Of a stretch of 64,000 nt of DNA, positions 52,883 through 61,679 are shown piece after piece (position 1 is the first letter of the stretch; every line of letters begins with the position of its first letter). Source of the DNA: an uncultured Flavobacteriales bacterium (GTDB taxonomy: Bacteria > Bacteroidota > Bacteroidia > CAIKAF01); the NCBI GenBank assembly GCA_903837495.1, contig CAILUT010000011.1, positions 1,946-65,945 on the forward strand. The letters are read 5' to 3'. Both the position numbers and the translations under genes were made by a program. The notes beneath the pieces were generated by a model. That model was not told the origin of the DNA. It searched no databases and saw only the letters and a list, made by a program, of their open reading frames with translations.

Positions 52883-54094
52883 TTAACCTTCAAAAAACGG
52901 AGGCAATTCCAGCCCATCGGGCCCGTATTGCTGAGGCACGGAAGCTCCCGGAAAATCGTGCGGGTACAGATATCCTTTTCCATATCCTTCCATTTTCATC
53001 CAATCGGTGGGGGCATTTCGCAAATGCAGGGGCACGGGCAAATCGCCGGTTTGCCGCACAAAGTCCAGCGCCCGGTCAATGGCCAGGTAGGCTGCATTCG
53101 ATTTGGCCGATTTTGCCAGGTACACCACAACCTGCGACAAAACAATGCGCGATTCAGGCATTCCAATGGCTTTCACCGAATCCAGGCAAGCCTGAGCCAG
53201 CAGCAGGGCGTTGGGGTTGGCAATTCCAATGTCTTCCGAGGCTAAAATCAGCATGCGCCGGGCAATAAACTCCGGTTTTTCTCCTCCGTGCAGCATGCGG
53301 GCCAGCCAGTACAGCGCCGCCTGCACATCCGATCCGCGCAGGCTTTTAATAAAAGCCGACACCACATCGTAGTGCATTTCGCCCGATTTATCGTAGCGCC
53401 AGCGGGGATCTTGCAGGGCGGCGGCCAGCACCGCCCCATCGATTCGGGCTTTTTCTCCGTCAAAGGCATAATTTACGGCCATTTCAAGGGCATTCAGCAT
53501 GCGCCGGGCATCGCCGCCACCGGCTTGAATCAGGGCTTCCGCTTGCAGCAGCTCCACCTTACGCTCTTGCAGCCAGGCATCTTCCAGCAGGGCGCGCTGC
53601 AGCACCTCGTTCAGTTCTTGGGTACTTAGGGGTTGCAAGGTCAGCACCTGGCAGCGGCTCAGCAGGGCCGAATTAACCTCGAACGAAGGATTTTCGGTGG
53701 TCGCACCAATCAGGGTAAAAAGCCCTTGCTCCACGGCGGCAAGCAGCCCATCTTGCTGGCTTTTGTTGAATCGGTGAATTTCGTCAATAAAAACCAAGGG
53801 TTTCGCTTGGTATTCAAACAGCGAAGATTTGCGGGCCTTTTCAATCAGGTCGCGAATGTCTTTCACCCCGCTCGACACAGCGTTAATGGCGTCAAAGGGC
53901 CTGCCGGTTTCCAGCGCCAGCACGCGGGCCAGGGTGGTTTTGCCGGTTCCGGGGGGGCCATAAAAAATCAAAGAAGGGAGCAGACCAGATTTCAGCCATT
54001 TGCGCAGGGCATTCACAGCAACCGACTGTCCCTGAACCTGTTCCAGCGATTTCGGACGCAAGCGTTCCGGCAAAGGTATGTGGTTGGCCTCCAT
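52883..54094 (-). CDS. rarA: replication-associated recombination protein A
   Basis: [65 protein letters not shown]. Confidence 0.96.
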   Translation of the reverse strand: MEANHIPLPERLRPKSLEQVQGQSVAVNALRKWLKSGLLPSLIFYGPPGTGKTTLARVLALETGRPFDAINAVSSGVKDIRDLIEKARKSSLFEYQAKPLVFIDEIHRFNKSQQDGLLAAVEQGLFTLIGATTENPSFEVNSALLSRCQVLTLQPLSTQELNEVLQRALLEDAWLQERKVELLQAEALIQAGGGDARRMLNALEMAVNYAFDGEKARIDGAVLAAALQDPRWRYDKSGEMHYDVVSAFIKSLRGSDVQAALYWLARMLHGGEKPEFIARRMLILASEDIGIANPNALLLAQACLDSVKAIGMPESRIVLSQVVVYLAKSAKSNAAYLAIDRALDFVRQTGDLPVPLHLRNAPTDWMKMEGYGKGYLYPHDFPGASVPQQYGPDGLELPPFFEG

Positions 54095-54150
54095 GTAAAT
54101 TCGGCCGAAAGGTAGCAAAATAAGGCATTCCCTGAACGTGGGAGTGATTG

Positions 54151-54240
54151 GGGCGGCAGCCGGGCTTTCAGGGGTAGTCGGCGCATGCCGGGGGCGTGGT
54201 GGGGGAAAAGCAACCCAATGCAGAGTTCGGCCTTGCGGGG
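54151..54240 (-). repeat. partial/degenerate copy of the structured repeat element
   Basis: minus strand ends ...ACTACCCCTGAAAGCCCGGCTGCCGCCC, with 19 nt identical to the copy 2 end; central and 5' motifs missing. Confidence 0.65.
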
Positions 54241-54351
54241 TTCATTGAATTTGGGTAAATTTTGAGAAAAACGCCATGGAAATCGAGCTGCAGCCTTTAC
54301 CTAAAAAATCCAGCAAACCGAGGGCAATGGGTAAAAAAACGCTGGGTGTTG

Positions 54352-54359
54352 TACCTTTG
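54352..54359 (+). promoter_or_regulatory. Bacteroidota -7 promoter element
   Basis: TACCTTTG 15 nt before the gltX ATG. Confidence 0.6.
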
Positions 54360-54374
54360 CAGCAAATTTGTTGA

Positions 54375-55898
54375 ATGAAGACTCCTGTTTGTGTGCGATT
54401 TGCTCCCAGTCCAACCGGCCCTTTGCATTTGGGCGGGGTTCGGACTGCGTTGTACAATTACCTGTTTGCCAAAAAACACGGTGGGCAGTTTATGCTGCGC
54501 ATTGAAGATACGGACCAAGCCCGTTTTGTGCCCGGGGCCGAACAGTACATCATGGATTCTTTGCGCTGGTGCGGCTTGCAGTGGGACGAAGGCCCCGAAG
54601 CCGAAGGCAGCAAAGGCCCTTACCGGCAATCGGAACGCAAAGACATGTACCGGCAATACGCCGAACAATTAATCCAAGCCGGAAAAGCCTATTACGCTTT
54701 TGATACCCAAGAAGAATTGGAAGACGTTCGCGAACGCATGAAAGCCTCGGGAAACAATACCTGGCAGTACAATTCCATTACTCGGGTAAACATGAAAAAC
54801 TCCCTTACCCTACCCGCCGACGAAGTGAAGCGGCGCTTGGATTCGGGCGAAGCCTATGTGGTGCGGTTGCTGGTTCCACGAAACACCGACATCAAAGTAA
54901 ACGACTTGATTCGCGGCGTGGTGGTGGTAAAATCGGAACACATTGACGACAAGGTGCTGTTTAAAAGCGATGGCATGCCGACCTACCACTTGGCCAACGT
55001 GGTGGACGACCATTTGATGGGAATAACCCATGTGATTCGTGGGGAGGAATGGCTGCCCTCGGCCCCTTTGCATGTGCTGCTGTATGAATCGCTGGGCTGG
55101 ACCGACACCATGCCTCAATTTGCGCATTTGCCCCTTATTTTGAAACCCGACGGCAACGGCAAGTTGAGCAAGCGCGATGGAGACCGTTTGGGATTTCCTG
55201 TTTTTCCGCTGGAATGGAAAGACCCGGCCACCGGAGAAATTTCATCGGGTTACCGAGAAGGAGGCTGGTACCGCGAGGCCGTGGTGAATTTGGTCGCACT
55301 GTTGGGTTGGCACCCTACAAACAACCAAGAGGTATTTAGCATGGACGAATTGATTGAGGCCTTTAGCCTAGAAAAAGTGGCCAAAGCCGGAGCCAAATTC
55401 GATGTTGAAAAGGCCAGGTGGTTTAATCAGCATTATTTAAGGCAACAAACAGACCTGCAATTGGCGGATGCCATCAAACCCCAATTGGCAGATCTTGATT
55501 TTACGGAAGAATTGCTGCTAAAAACAATAGCCTTGGTACGCGACCGAGCTGTATTTCCCGCCGATGTAGCCGAGGACGTTGCTGGCCTTTTGCAGGCTCC
55601 AAAGGCCTATCAAAAAGATGCCTTAGCCTCCAAATGGAAGGCCGATTCGGCCGAAAAACTACAAGGCCTGTTGAATTGGATGGAATCTGAACCGCATTTA
55701 GAACCTGCCAACATTGGGCCCGGCATAAAAAACTGGCTAAACGAACAGAACTATGGAATTGGCAGTGTAATGCCGCTGGTACGCATTGCATTAACGGGCG
55801 GATTAAGCGGTCCTGATATTTTTGAGACCATAGGGTTGATTGGTTTAGAGGCCACGGGGCAGCGCATTTCAGCCTTGTTAAACCAGCAGCAACAATGA
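54375..55898 (+). CDS. gltX: glutamate--tRNA ligase
   Basis: RFAPSPTGPLHLGG, LRIEDTD, ITHVIRGEEW, KLSKR. Confidence 0.98.
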   Translation: MKTPVCVRFAPSPTGPLHLGGVRTALYNYLFAKKHGGQFMLRIEDTDQARFVPGAEQYIMDSLRWCGLQWDEGPEAEGSKGPYRQSERKDMYRQYAEQLIQAGKAYYAFDTQEELEDVRERMKASGNNTWQYNSITRVNMKNSLTLPADEVKRRLDSGEAYVVRLLVPRNTDIKVNDLIRGVVVVKSEHIDDKVLFKSDGMPTYHLANVVDDHLMGITHVIRGEEWLPSAPLHVLLYESLGWTDTMPQFAHLPLILKPDGNGKLSKRDGDRLGFPVFPLEWKDPATGEISSGYREGGWYREAVVNLVALLGWHPTNNQEVFSMDELIEAFSLEKVAKAGAKFDVEKARWFNQHYLRQQTDLQLADAIKPQLADLDFTEELLLKTIALVRDRAVFPADVAEDVAGLLQAPKAYQKDALASKWKADSAEKLQGLLNWMESEPHLEPANIGPGIKNWLNEQNYGIGSVMPLVRIALTGGLSGPDIFETIGLIGLEATGQRISALLNQQQQ

Positions 55899-56251
55899 GG
55901 CAGCGCATAGCCATAAAAGAACTGCGTTTTTTTGGCTACCATGGGGTTTATGAACATGAAAAAAAAAACGGGCAATGGTTTAGCCTGAATCTTTCGGCCG
56001 ACTTGGAATTGGATGACCGGGCATGCCAGGCAGATTTGGTTGAGGGCACCACCGATTATGGCTGCGTGGTTCAAAGCATGTTGGACGAAATGAAAACCCC
56101 ATCGAACCTATTGGAGCATGCTCTAGCTAGGCTAAAAACCCGTTTAATTCGAGAATACCCTGAAATGAAAAACGTTTCTTTATCGTTGGCTAAACAAAAC
56201 CCCGCCGTTGGAGGTTATGTAGCTGAGTTTGAAGTATCTGTTTTTTGGTAA
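55895..56251 (+). CDS. folB: dihydroneopterin aldolase
   Basis: FFGYHGVYEHE..NGQ, TTDY, SNLLEH, KQNP. Confidence 0.92.
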   Translation: MRQRIAIKELRFFGYHGVYEHEKKNGQWFSLNLSADLELDDRACQADLVEGTTDYGCVVQSMLDEMKTPSNLLEHALARLKTRLIREYPEMKNVSLSLAKQNPAVGGYVAEFEVSVFW

Positions 56252-56254
56252 AGC

Positions 56255-56440
56255 ATGCAATTAAAAGTTCCCTCAAAGGTTTGTCCGGCTTGTTTTAAGA
56301 AATTTCATTGCCATGAAAAGCCGGGCTGTTGGTGTGAGAGTGTTTGCTTGTCGAGAGATACCTTATCAAAATTAAGGAAGCGGTATGTAGATTGCCTTTG
56401 CGATACATGTTTGGCCTTGTACAACACCTCAAAAAATTAA
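56255..56440 (+). CDS. cysteine-rich CWC family small protein
   Basis: CPAC...F.C...CWC...CLCDTCL. Confidence 0.75.
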   Translation: MQLKVPSKVCPACFKKFHCHEKPGCWCESVCLSRDTLSKLRKRYVDCLCDTCLALYNTSKN

Positions 56441-56465
56441 CAACGCTTTTCCAATAGGGGGCTCA

Positions 56466-56608
56466 GCGGTAGGGATTGAGCAAGGTAGCCCGCCAAGTTG
56501 GCCTGGCCTGGCCCGCGCGGCGCGGAGGCGACTTTAGGAGCCCACGCAAGCCCGCTGGGCCGGCCAAGGGCAACTGCGGACTACCTGCGAAAGCCCGGCC
56601 ACCGCCCC
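56466..56608 (+). repeat. structured intergenic repeat element, copy 6
   Basis: GCGGTAGGGATTGAGCAAGGTAGCCCGC...GGAGGCGACTTTAGGAGCC...GCGGACTACCTGCGAAAGCCCGGCCACCGCCC. Confidence 0.93.
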
Positions 56609-56621
56609 TAAAAATAAAAAA

Positions 56622-57590
56622 TCAACGGAGCATTGCCTCCGAAGCCTTCCAACAAGGCAGCAGCCCCTTTTCTTGAGCGTAGTGCTGCCATTGGTCGGCG
56701 GGGCCCAAGCCCAGCATAAAATCGCCACCCCAAGCACCCATGGGTTTCAGAGCCCCGGGAGCGTCAGAAAAGGCCTGGGAAGGGTTGGGTTGCTGCAGCA
56801 ATTTTTGCAGAATCTTGTTGTGTTGATTCAATGCTAGGGTCCATTCTGAAACGGTTTGTTGCCGGTGCATGTGCAGGCTAATTTCAGAAATTTCGGCTGC
56901 CGCCATTTGCCGTTCCGCCAGGGAAAGCGCGCGGTATTGCCGAATGGCATCGGAGGATTGAGCCTTGCGGCCCAGGTAGAAAAAGTGCATTTGCTGCAGC
57001 AATTCAGGAGCCAAGGAAATGGGCTGAACCGAAGGAAAATCGGGCTTGTCAAGCCGGTACAAAATAGGCTGCAAGGCTGTTGCACAGGCAATGTCGTATC
57101 CAGACCCTCCAAAACTTTGCCGAAGCAGGGTGTAGGGATTCTGCTCTAGGAATTGCCCCAGCAAACTGACCAAGGTTGAGCTGCTACCGAGTCCCCAACT
57201 CCGGTTAAAATCGGCTTGAAAAACCAGTTTTTTAGACTTAAGGAAATGACGTTTCAGGTCTGCGGGAACGGCCGACAGAAGCTGTTCCAGCTTCTGGGCT
57301 ACGTCCTCGAGGTTGCTTTCCATGACCAAACCGGTTCCGGGATGTACAGTGGCTTTGAACCAGACATCTTGGTTGGCTTCTTGGCTTTCAATGAGGCAAA
57401 AATCGCCTTGGTAGGGTTCAATGTGGAGGGTTTGTCCCCATTTTAATGGAAGAGCAAGGGCCCAAGCTCCGTCCAAAACCACGTATTCAGCGCTGAGCAG
57501 AAACTTAGCGTTTGCCCTAAGGGGCGGTTGCCCAGTGTGGGATTGCTGGCTGATTTGCAATGGAATTAAGGGATGGGTGCCTGTCGCCAT
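56622..57590 (-). CDS. GYDIA-family GHMP kinase (mevalonate pathway)
   Basis: KFLLSAEYVVLDGA, WGLGSSST, GSGYDIA, MGAWGGDF. Confidence 0.88.
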   Translation of the reverse strand: MATGTHPLIPLQISQQSHTGQPPLRANAKFLLSAEYVVLDGAWALALPLKWGQTLHIEPYQGDFCLIESQEANQDVWFKATVHPGTGLVMESNLEDVAQKLEQLLSAVPADLKRHFLKSKKLVFQADFNRSWGLGSSSTLVSLLGQFLEQNPYTLLRQSFGGSGYDIACATALQPILYRLDKPDFPSVQPISLAPELLQQMHFFYLGRKAQSSDAIRQYRALSLAERQMAAAEISEISLHMHRQQTVSEWTLALNQHNKILQKLLQQPNPSQAFSDAPGALKPMGAWGGDFMLGLGPADQWQHYAQEKGLLPCWKASEAMLR

Positions 57591-58903
57591 TGTTCTAGGT
57601 GTTCGCGAACGGAGGTAAAAGAGACTTTGTGCTGTTTAAAATGTTCGACTGCGGCCAATTTTTCTGCTTCGCTGGCTTGAAAATGGTTTAAAATATTGAG
57701 CAAGTGCATTTTCATGTGGCCCTTTTGAATTCCGGTGGTGGTCAAGGAACGTAGGGCTCCGAAATTGTTGGCTAAGCCGGTGCAAGCTGCGATGCACATC
57801 AATTCTTCGGCCGAGGGTTTTCCGAGCAATTCAAGTGCATAAACAACGAGGGGGTGCAGGGTAGTTAGGCCACCGACCACTCCGAGCGCCATAGCCACTT
57901 CGAGGGTGTAGGTAAACATGCCATCGCTCAGATCGAGGTGGGTAAGGCTTTGGTACTGTCCGTTTCTTGCGGCGTAGGTGTGGCCACAGGCTTCAACGGC
58001 TCGGAAGTCGTTTCCGGTGGCAAGCACAACCGCGTCAATTCCATTGAAAATGCCTTTGTTGTGGGTAGTTGCCCGGTGCACATCAATTTCGGCTACGCGT
58101 ACGGCCTTTTGAAATTTCGAAGCGAAGGTTTGGGCGTCGATGCCTTCGTGGTTGCCCAGATCGGCAATGGGGCATTGCACCCAAGTGCGCACCAAGCAAT
58201 CGGGCGTATAATTGGACAAAATGCTCATGATAACGTGGACTTCGCGTTCCGAATCATCAAAATGCGGAGCGTCTTGCAACCAGTCCTTAAGGATTTGTGC
58301 GAATTCTTCTAGGCAGGAATTGATAAAATTAGCCCCCATAGAATCGCAGGTATTGAATCGGGCTTTAAGTTGAAAGTAGCCCGGTTCGGCATGGCAAAAA
58401 TCCAACAATTCCACATCTAAAATACCGCCACCGCGTTGCTGCATGTTGGCGGTAATGTGGGTAGTATTGGCAAACAGGAGCTGCTTGAGTTCAGAAAAAT
58501 GGCTTTTCAGGAGTTCGGCGCGTCCATTCCAAATAAAATGAACCTGCCCTATTTTAATTGCGCTCACAATTTCGGCATGAAAGCCGCCCTTATCGGACCA
58601 AAATTTTGCGCTTTTGCTGGCGGCGGCCACCACAGAACTTTCTTCAATCACCATGGGCACCATGTACAGGTGCTGATTGAGAAGCAAGTTTGGAAGCACC
58701 CCAAAAGGGAAGGCAAAGTTGCTTAAGGTATTCTCGCTAAATTCCTCAAGGCGCTGTTGCACCGCCGGATTGGGATGCCAAAAGCCTTTAAAATCGTTTT
58801 TGGCTTGAAGGGGATTGCTCAACAGATTTACCACTGCATCGAGCTTTTGCTCTTTAGATGCTTTTGAAAAACCGTCAATGGCCTTTAAAAATCGTTCGTT
58901 CAT
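57566..58903 (-). CDS. class II HMG-CoA reductase
   Basis: EN..., PMVIEESSVVAA, DSMGAN, THNKGIFNG, ATGNDFRA, GIQKGHMKMH. Confidence 0.95.
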   Translation of the reverse strand: MNERFLKAIDGFSKASKEQKLDAVVNLLSNPLQAKNDFKGFWHPNPAVQQRLEEFSENTLSNFAFPFGVLPNLLLNQHLYMVPMVIEESSVVAAASKSAKFWSDKGGFHAEIVSAIKIGQVHFIWNGRAELLKSHFSELKQLLFANTTHITANMQQRGGGILDVELLDFCHAEPGYFQLKARFNTCDSMGANFINSCLEEFAQILKDWLQDAPHFDDSEREVHVIMSILSNYTPDCLVRTWVQCPIADLGNHEGIDAQTFASKFQKAVRVAEIDVHRATTHNKGIFNGIDAVVLATGNDFRAVEACGHTYAARNGQYQSLTHLDLSDGMFTYTLEVAMALGVVGGLTTLHPLVVYALELLGKPSAEELMCIAACTGLANNFGALRSLTTTGIQKGHMKMHLLNILNHFQASEAEKLAAVEHFKQHKVSFTSVREHLEQWRQAPIP

Positions 58904-58998
58904 TTCCGCGTTGCAAGAAGGTTAAAACAAAGAAACAGCGAAAACAGAGGGTTGTTTTGATTGAGCTGCAGTTTTTCCCCACAGCAGATTGTTGACAA

Positions 58999-59988
58999 TC
59001 AGGGCAGGTCAACCACGGCACGCGCCATGGCAAGTCCCTCGACTTGTGTTTTCACAAAAGCCTGCAAATGGGCATAATCGCCGCGGGCATGGGCTAGGAA
59101 TCCGGAGGCCATGGCATAGACAGCAGGCAGGGGAGATTGTTGAACCAAGCGGTAGCCGTGCAAATACGATTTAATTCCACCGCTAATAATCAGGTGTTGG
59201 GTGTGGACCTGAGTGGAGGGATTGGCGGTAATTTGAGCCGCAAAGGACAGCATTTCATCGGCGGTATGTCCGATGTAGGCCAATGGGTCGGCCTGCTTTT
59301 CGGTATTGTTTTCGCTGCGCAGCAATTCAAGCAGGGCAAAATTGGTGCCTCCAAAGGCACCGAACTCAATGGCCAACAGGGGCAATTCCAGCAGAGCTTG
59401 CAGGCTGCGGGGGCCCATGCCTTGCCCTACTTCTTTAACAATAACGGGAGCCGTTGACAATTCAAGCACTTGCTTCAGGGTTTCCAAGGGGGCTCTTGTG
59501 TATCGGTCGCCCCCTGGCTGCATCCATTCTTGAAGGGGATTTACATGTACAATCAGGCCATCGGCTTTAAGGGCGACCACCATATCGTTGATTTCTTGAA
59601 ATCGGTTGGCGTCGATATACTCTTCGAGTTGAGCAATACCCAGGTTGGCAAAAAAAGGAAGGTCATCGCCAATCAGGGGGCGAAGGTCAAAATCGCTCCA
59701 AGCCTGTTTAGATTCAAGCAAAGGACGGCAGCTGCCCAGCCCCATTCCCAGTTTAAATTCGGCACAGGCCATGGCCAGGTTTTTATTGATTTGAGCCGCT
59801 TCTTTTGTACCGCCGGTCATGGAAGAAATCCACAAAGGCGAACCCAGCCATTTTCCGTGAAACAGGGTTGGAATGCCTGATTGGGTGGGATGGCCAGAAA
59901 ACAAAGGTTCGTAATTAAAACCCGAAAGGGGTTTTTGGGTTTGAGCTTGAAAAGCCAAATCAAGATGGTCTTTTTTGCGGTCGGTCAT
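58999..59988 (-). CDS. fni: type 2 (FMN-dependent) isopentenyl-diphosphate delta-isomerase
   Basis: RKKDH, SSMTGG, GMGLGS, ANLG, HVNPLQE, VKEVGQG, GGTNF, ISGGI. Confidence 0.92.
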   Translation of the reverse strand: MTDRKKDHLDLAFQAQTQKPLSGFNYEPLFSGHPTQSGIPTLFHGKWLGSPLWISSMTGGTKEAAQINKNLAMACAEFKLGMGLGSCRPLLESKQAWSDFDLRPLIGDDLPFFANLGIAQLEEYIDANRFQEINDMVVALKADGLIVHVNPLQEWMQPGGDRYTRAPLETLKQVLELSTAPVIVKEVGQGMGPRSLQALLELPLLAIEFGAFGGTNFALLELLRSENNTEKQADPLAYIGHTADEMLSFAAQITANPSTQVHTQHLIISGGIKSYLHGYRLVQQSPLPAVYAMASGFLAHARGDYAHLQAFVKTQVEGLAMARAVVDLP

Positions 59989-60003
59989 TCCTGTAAATCA
60001 GAA

Positions 60004-60011
60004 CAAAGGTA
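60004..60011 (-). promoter_or_regulatory. Bacteroidota -7 promoter element for the mevalonate cluster
   Basis: TACCTTTG on the minus strand 15 nt before the fni ATG. Confidence 0.6.
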
Positions 60012-60174
60012 GGGCTAAAAACGGACTTGAAAAACCGGCACGGGGTTAAAGCTGCGCTTGGGAGGGAAAACGGAAAAAGCTGAAAATTGTTCATACGTCA
60101 AAAAAAAACCGATGCATGCAGCCAAGGAAAAAAGGGGGCCGTTGAAAAGTCAAAGGCTTCCCTATCTTTGAAGT

Positions 60175-61674
60175 ATGGAAGTGCGCATGTACCGAACCAA
60201 GCAGCGGTGGAAATGGTGGCTGGGTTTTTCTGCCGCTTTTATTGTGTTGCTGGTTTCGGCCTACACAGGGTATTTGGTCAAATTTGTGGCCAACGAAGAA
60301 AAGCAGAAGGTAGAATTGTGGGGCAAAGCCATACAAAAGCGGGCGGAACTGATTCGAAAAACCAAAAAAATGTTCCGCAGGTTTGAAGAAGAAGACAAGC
60401 AAAACATTGACTTATGGGTGAAAGCCCTTCAATGCCTGGTAAGCGGTTGCAGCGATGAGTTGGCGGCTACCATTGTAGGCAGCAACAACACCATACCGGT
60501 AATTTTGGTGGATGAAGAAGGGACAGTAATAACCCACAATCACTTTCCGGAAGGAACCGATTTGAAGGCCGAGGTGGAACGACTGAAAGAACGCAAGCGA
60601 TTTGTTGATGCCAGCTACGAGGTAAACGGGGTGTCGAAAAAACAAACGGCTTACTTTGACGACAGCATTATTTTTTCAGAGTTAAAAGGGACCATTGATG
60701 ATTTACTCTCGAATTTCATCTCGGAAACAGTGATAAACGCCGCTTCGGTGCCCGTAATCATCACCACCTTAAAAGAGGATTCATTGATTGGCAGCGGCAA
60801 TCTGCAACCGGCAGGAATCGAAAACAATTGGTCAGCAAAACAGGTAATTCAACGGATGCGGGAATTCAACCACATGCAGGTTGAATTGGACGATGGGGTT
60901 TCCTACCATATTTATTACCAAGACAGTTTAATTGTTTCTAGCCTAACCTATTTCCCCTTTGTGCTGTTTACCGTTATTTTTTTGTTTGTTTTGGTTGCAT
61001 ATCTTTTGTTCAGTACCGCACGCCGGGTAGAGCAAAACCAAGTTTGGGTGGGCATGAGCAAAGAAACCGCTCACCAGTTGGGAACTCCCTTGTCGTCGTT
61101 GATGGGCTGGATTGAACTTTTTAAATCCAGGGGAATTGAAGTAGAGGCAGTAAAAGAAATGGAACGGGACGTAAACCGCTTAGACACGGTAGCGCAGCGC
61201 TTTTCAAAAATTGGTAGCCAACCCGATTTAAAACCCGTTGAGTTGATTCCAATGGTCAGGGATATGGTTTCGTACATGCAGGCTCGAAGCCGAAAAAACA
61301 TAAAAATCAGCGCTGAAATCCTTTGCGAAAGCGCTCGAATTGAGGGCAACCTGCCTTTGTTGGAATGGGTGCTTGAAAACCTAATTCGAAACAGCTTGGA
61401 CGCCATGCCTGAGGCGGGTGAAATTCGGTTGGTTTTAGAAAAGGCAGGCCCCAATCTGCAATTGGATGTTTGGGACAGCGGAAAAGGGATTCCAAGAAAA
61501 TTATGGAAAACGATTTTTAAGCCTGGATTTACCACCAAGCAAAGGGGTTGGGGTCTTGGATTGTCATTGACCAAACGGATTGTAGAAAACTACCACAAGG
61601 GGCGAATCGGAGTTCAGGCCTCAGAACCCGATAAAGGAACATGCATTCGCATCGCTTTTAGCAGCATAGATTAA
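60175..61674 (+). CDS. membrane-bound sensor histidine kinase
   Basis: two TMs, ETAHQLGTPLS H-box, ENLIRNSLDA N-box, DSGKGI, GFTTK, GWGLGLS; TATCTTTG just upstream. Confidence 0.93.
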   Translation: MEVRMYRTKQRWKWWLGFSAAFIVLLVSAYTGYLVKFVANEEKQKVELWGKAIQKRAELIRKTKKMFRRFEEEDKQNIDLWVKALQCLVSGCSDELAATIVGSNNTIPVILVDEEGTVITHNHFPEGTDLKAEVERLKERKRFVDASYEVNGVSKKQTAYFDDSIIFSELKGTIDDLLSNFISETVINAASVPVIITTLKEDSLIGSGNLQPAGIENNWSAKQVIQRMREFNHMQVELDDGVSYHIYYQDSLIVSSLTYFPFVLFTVIFLFVLVAYLLFSTARRVEQNQVWVGMSKETAHQLGTPLSSLMGWIELFKSRGIEVEAVKEMERDVNRLDTVAQRFSKIGSQPDLKPVELIPMVRDMVSYMQARSRKNIKISAEILCESARIEGNLPLLEWVLENLIRNSLDAMPEAGEIRLVLEKAGPNLQLDVWDSGKGIPRKLWKTIFKPGFTTKQRGWGLGLSLTKRIVENYHKGRIGVQASEPDKGTCIRIAFSSID

Positions 61675-61679
61675 GAACC

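Noticed and set aside
52790..52883. Possible frameshifted continuation of the short RarA C-terminus
   Set aside because: The read-through translation does not resemble a RarA tail and all core motifs are intact.
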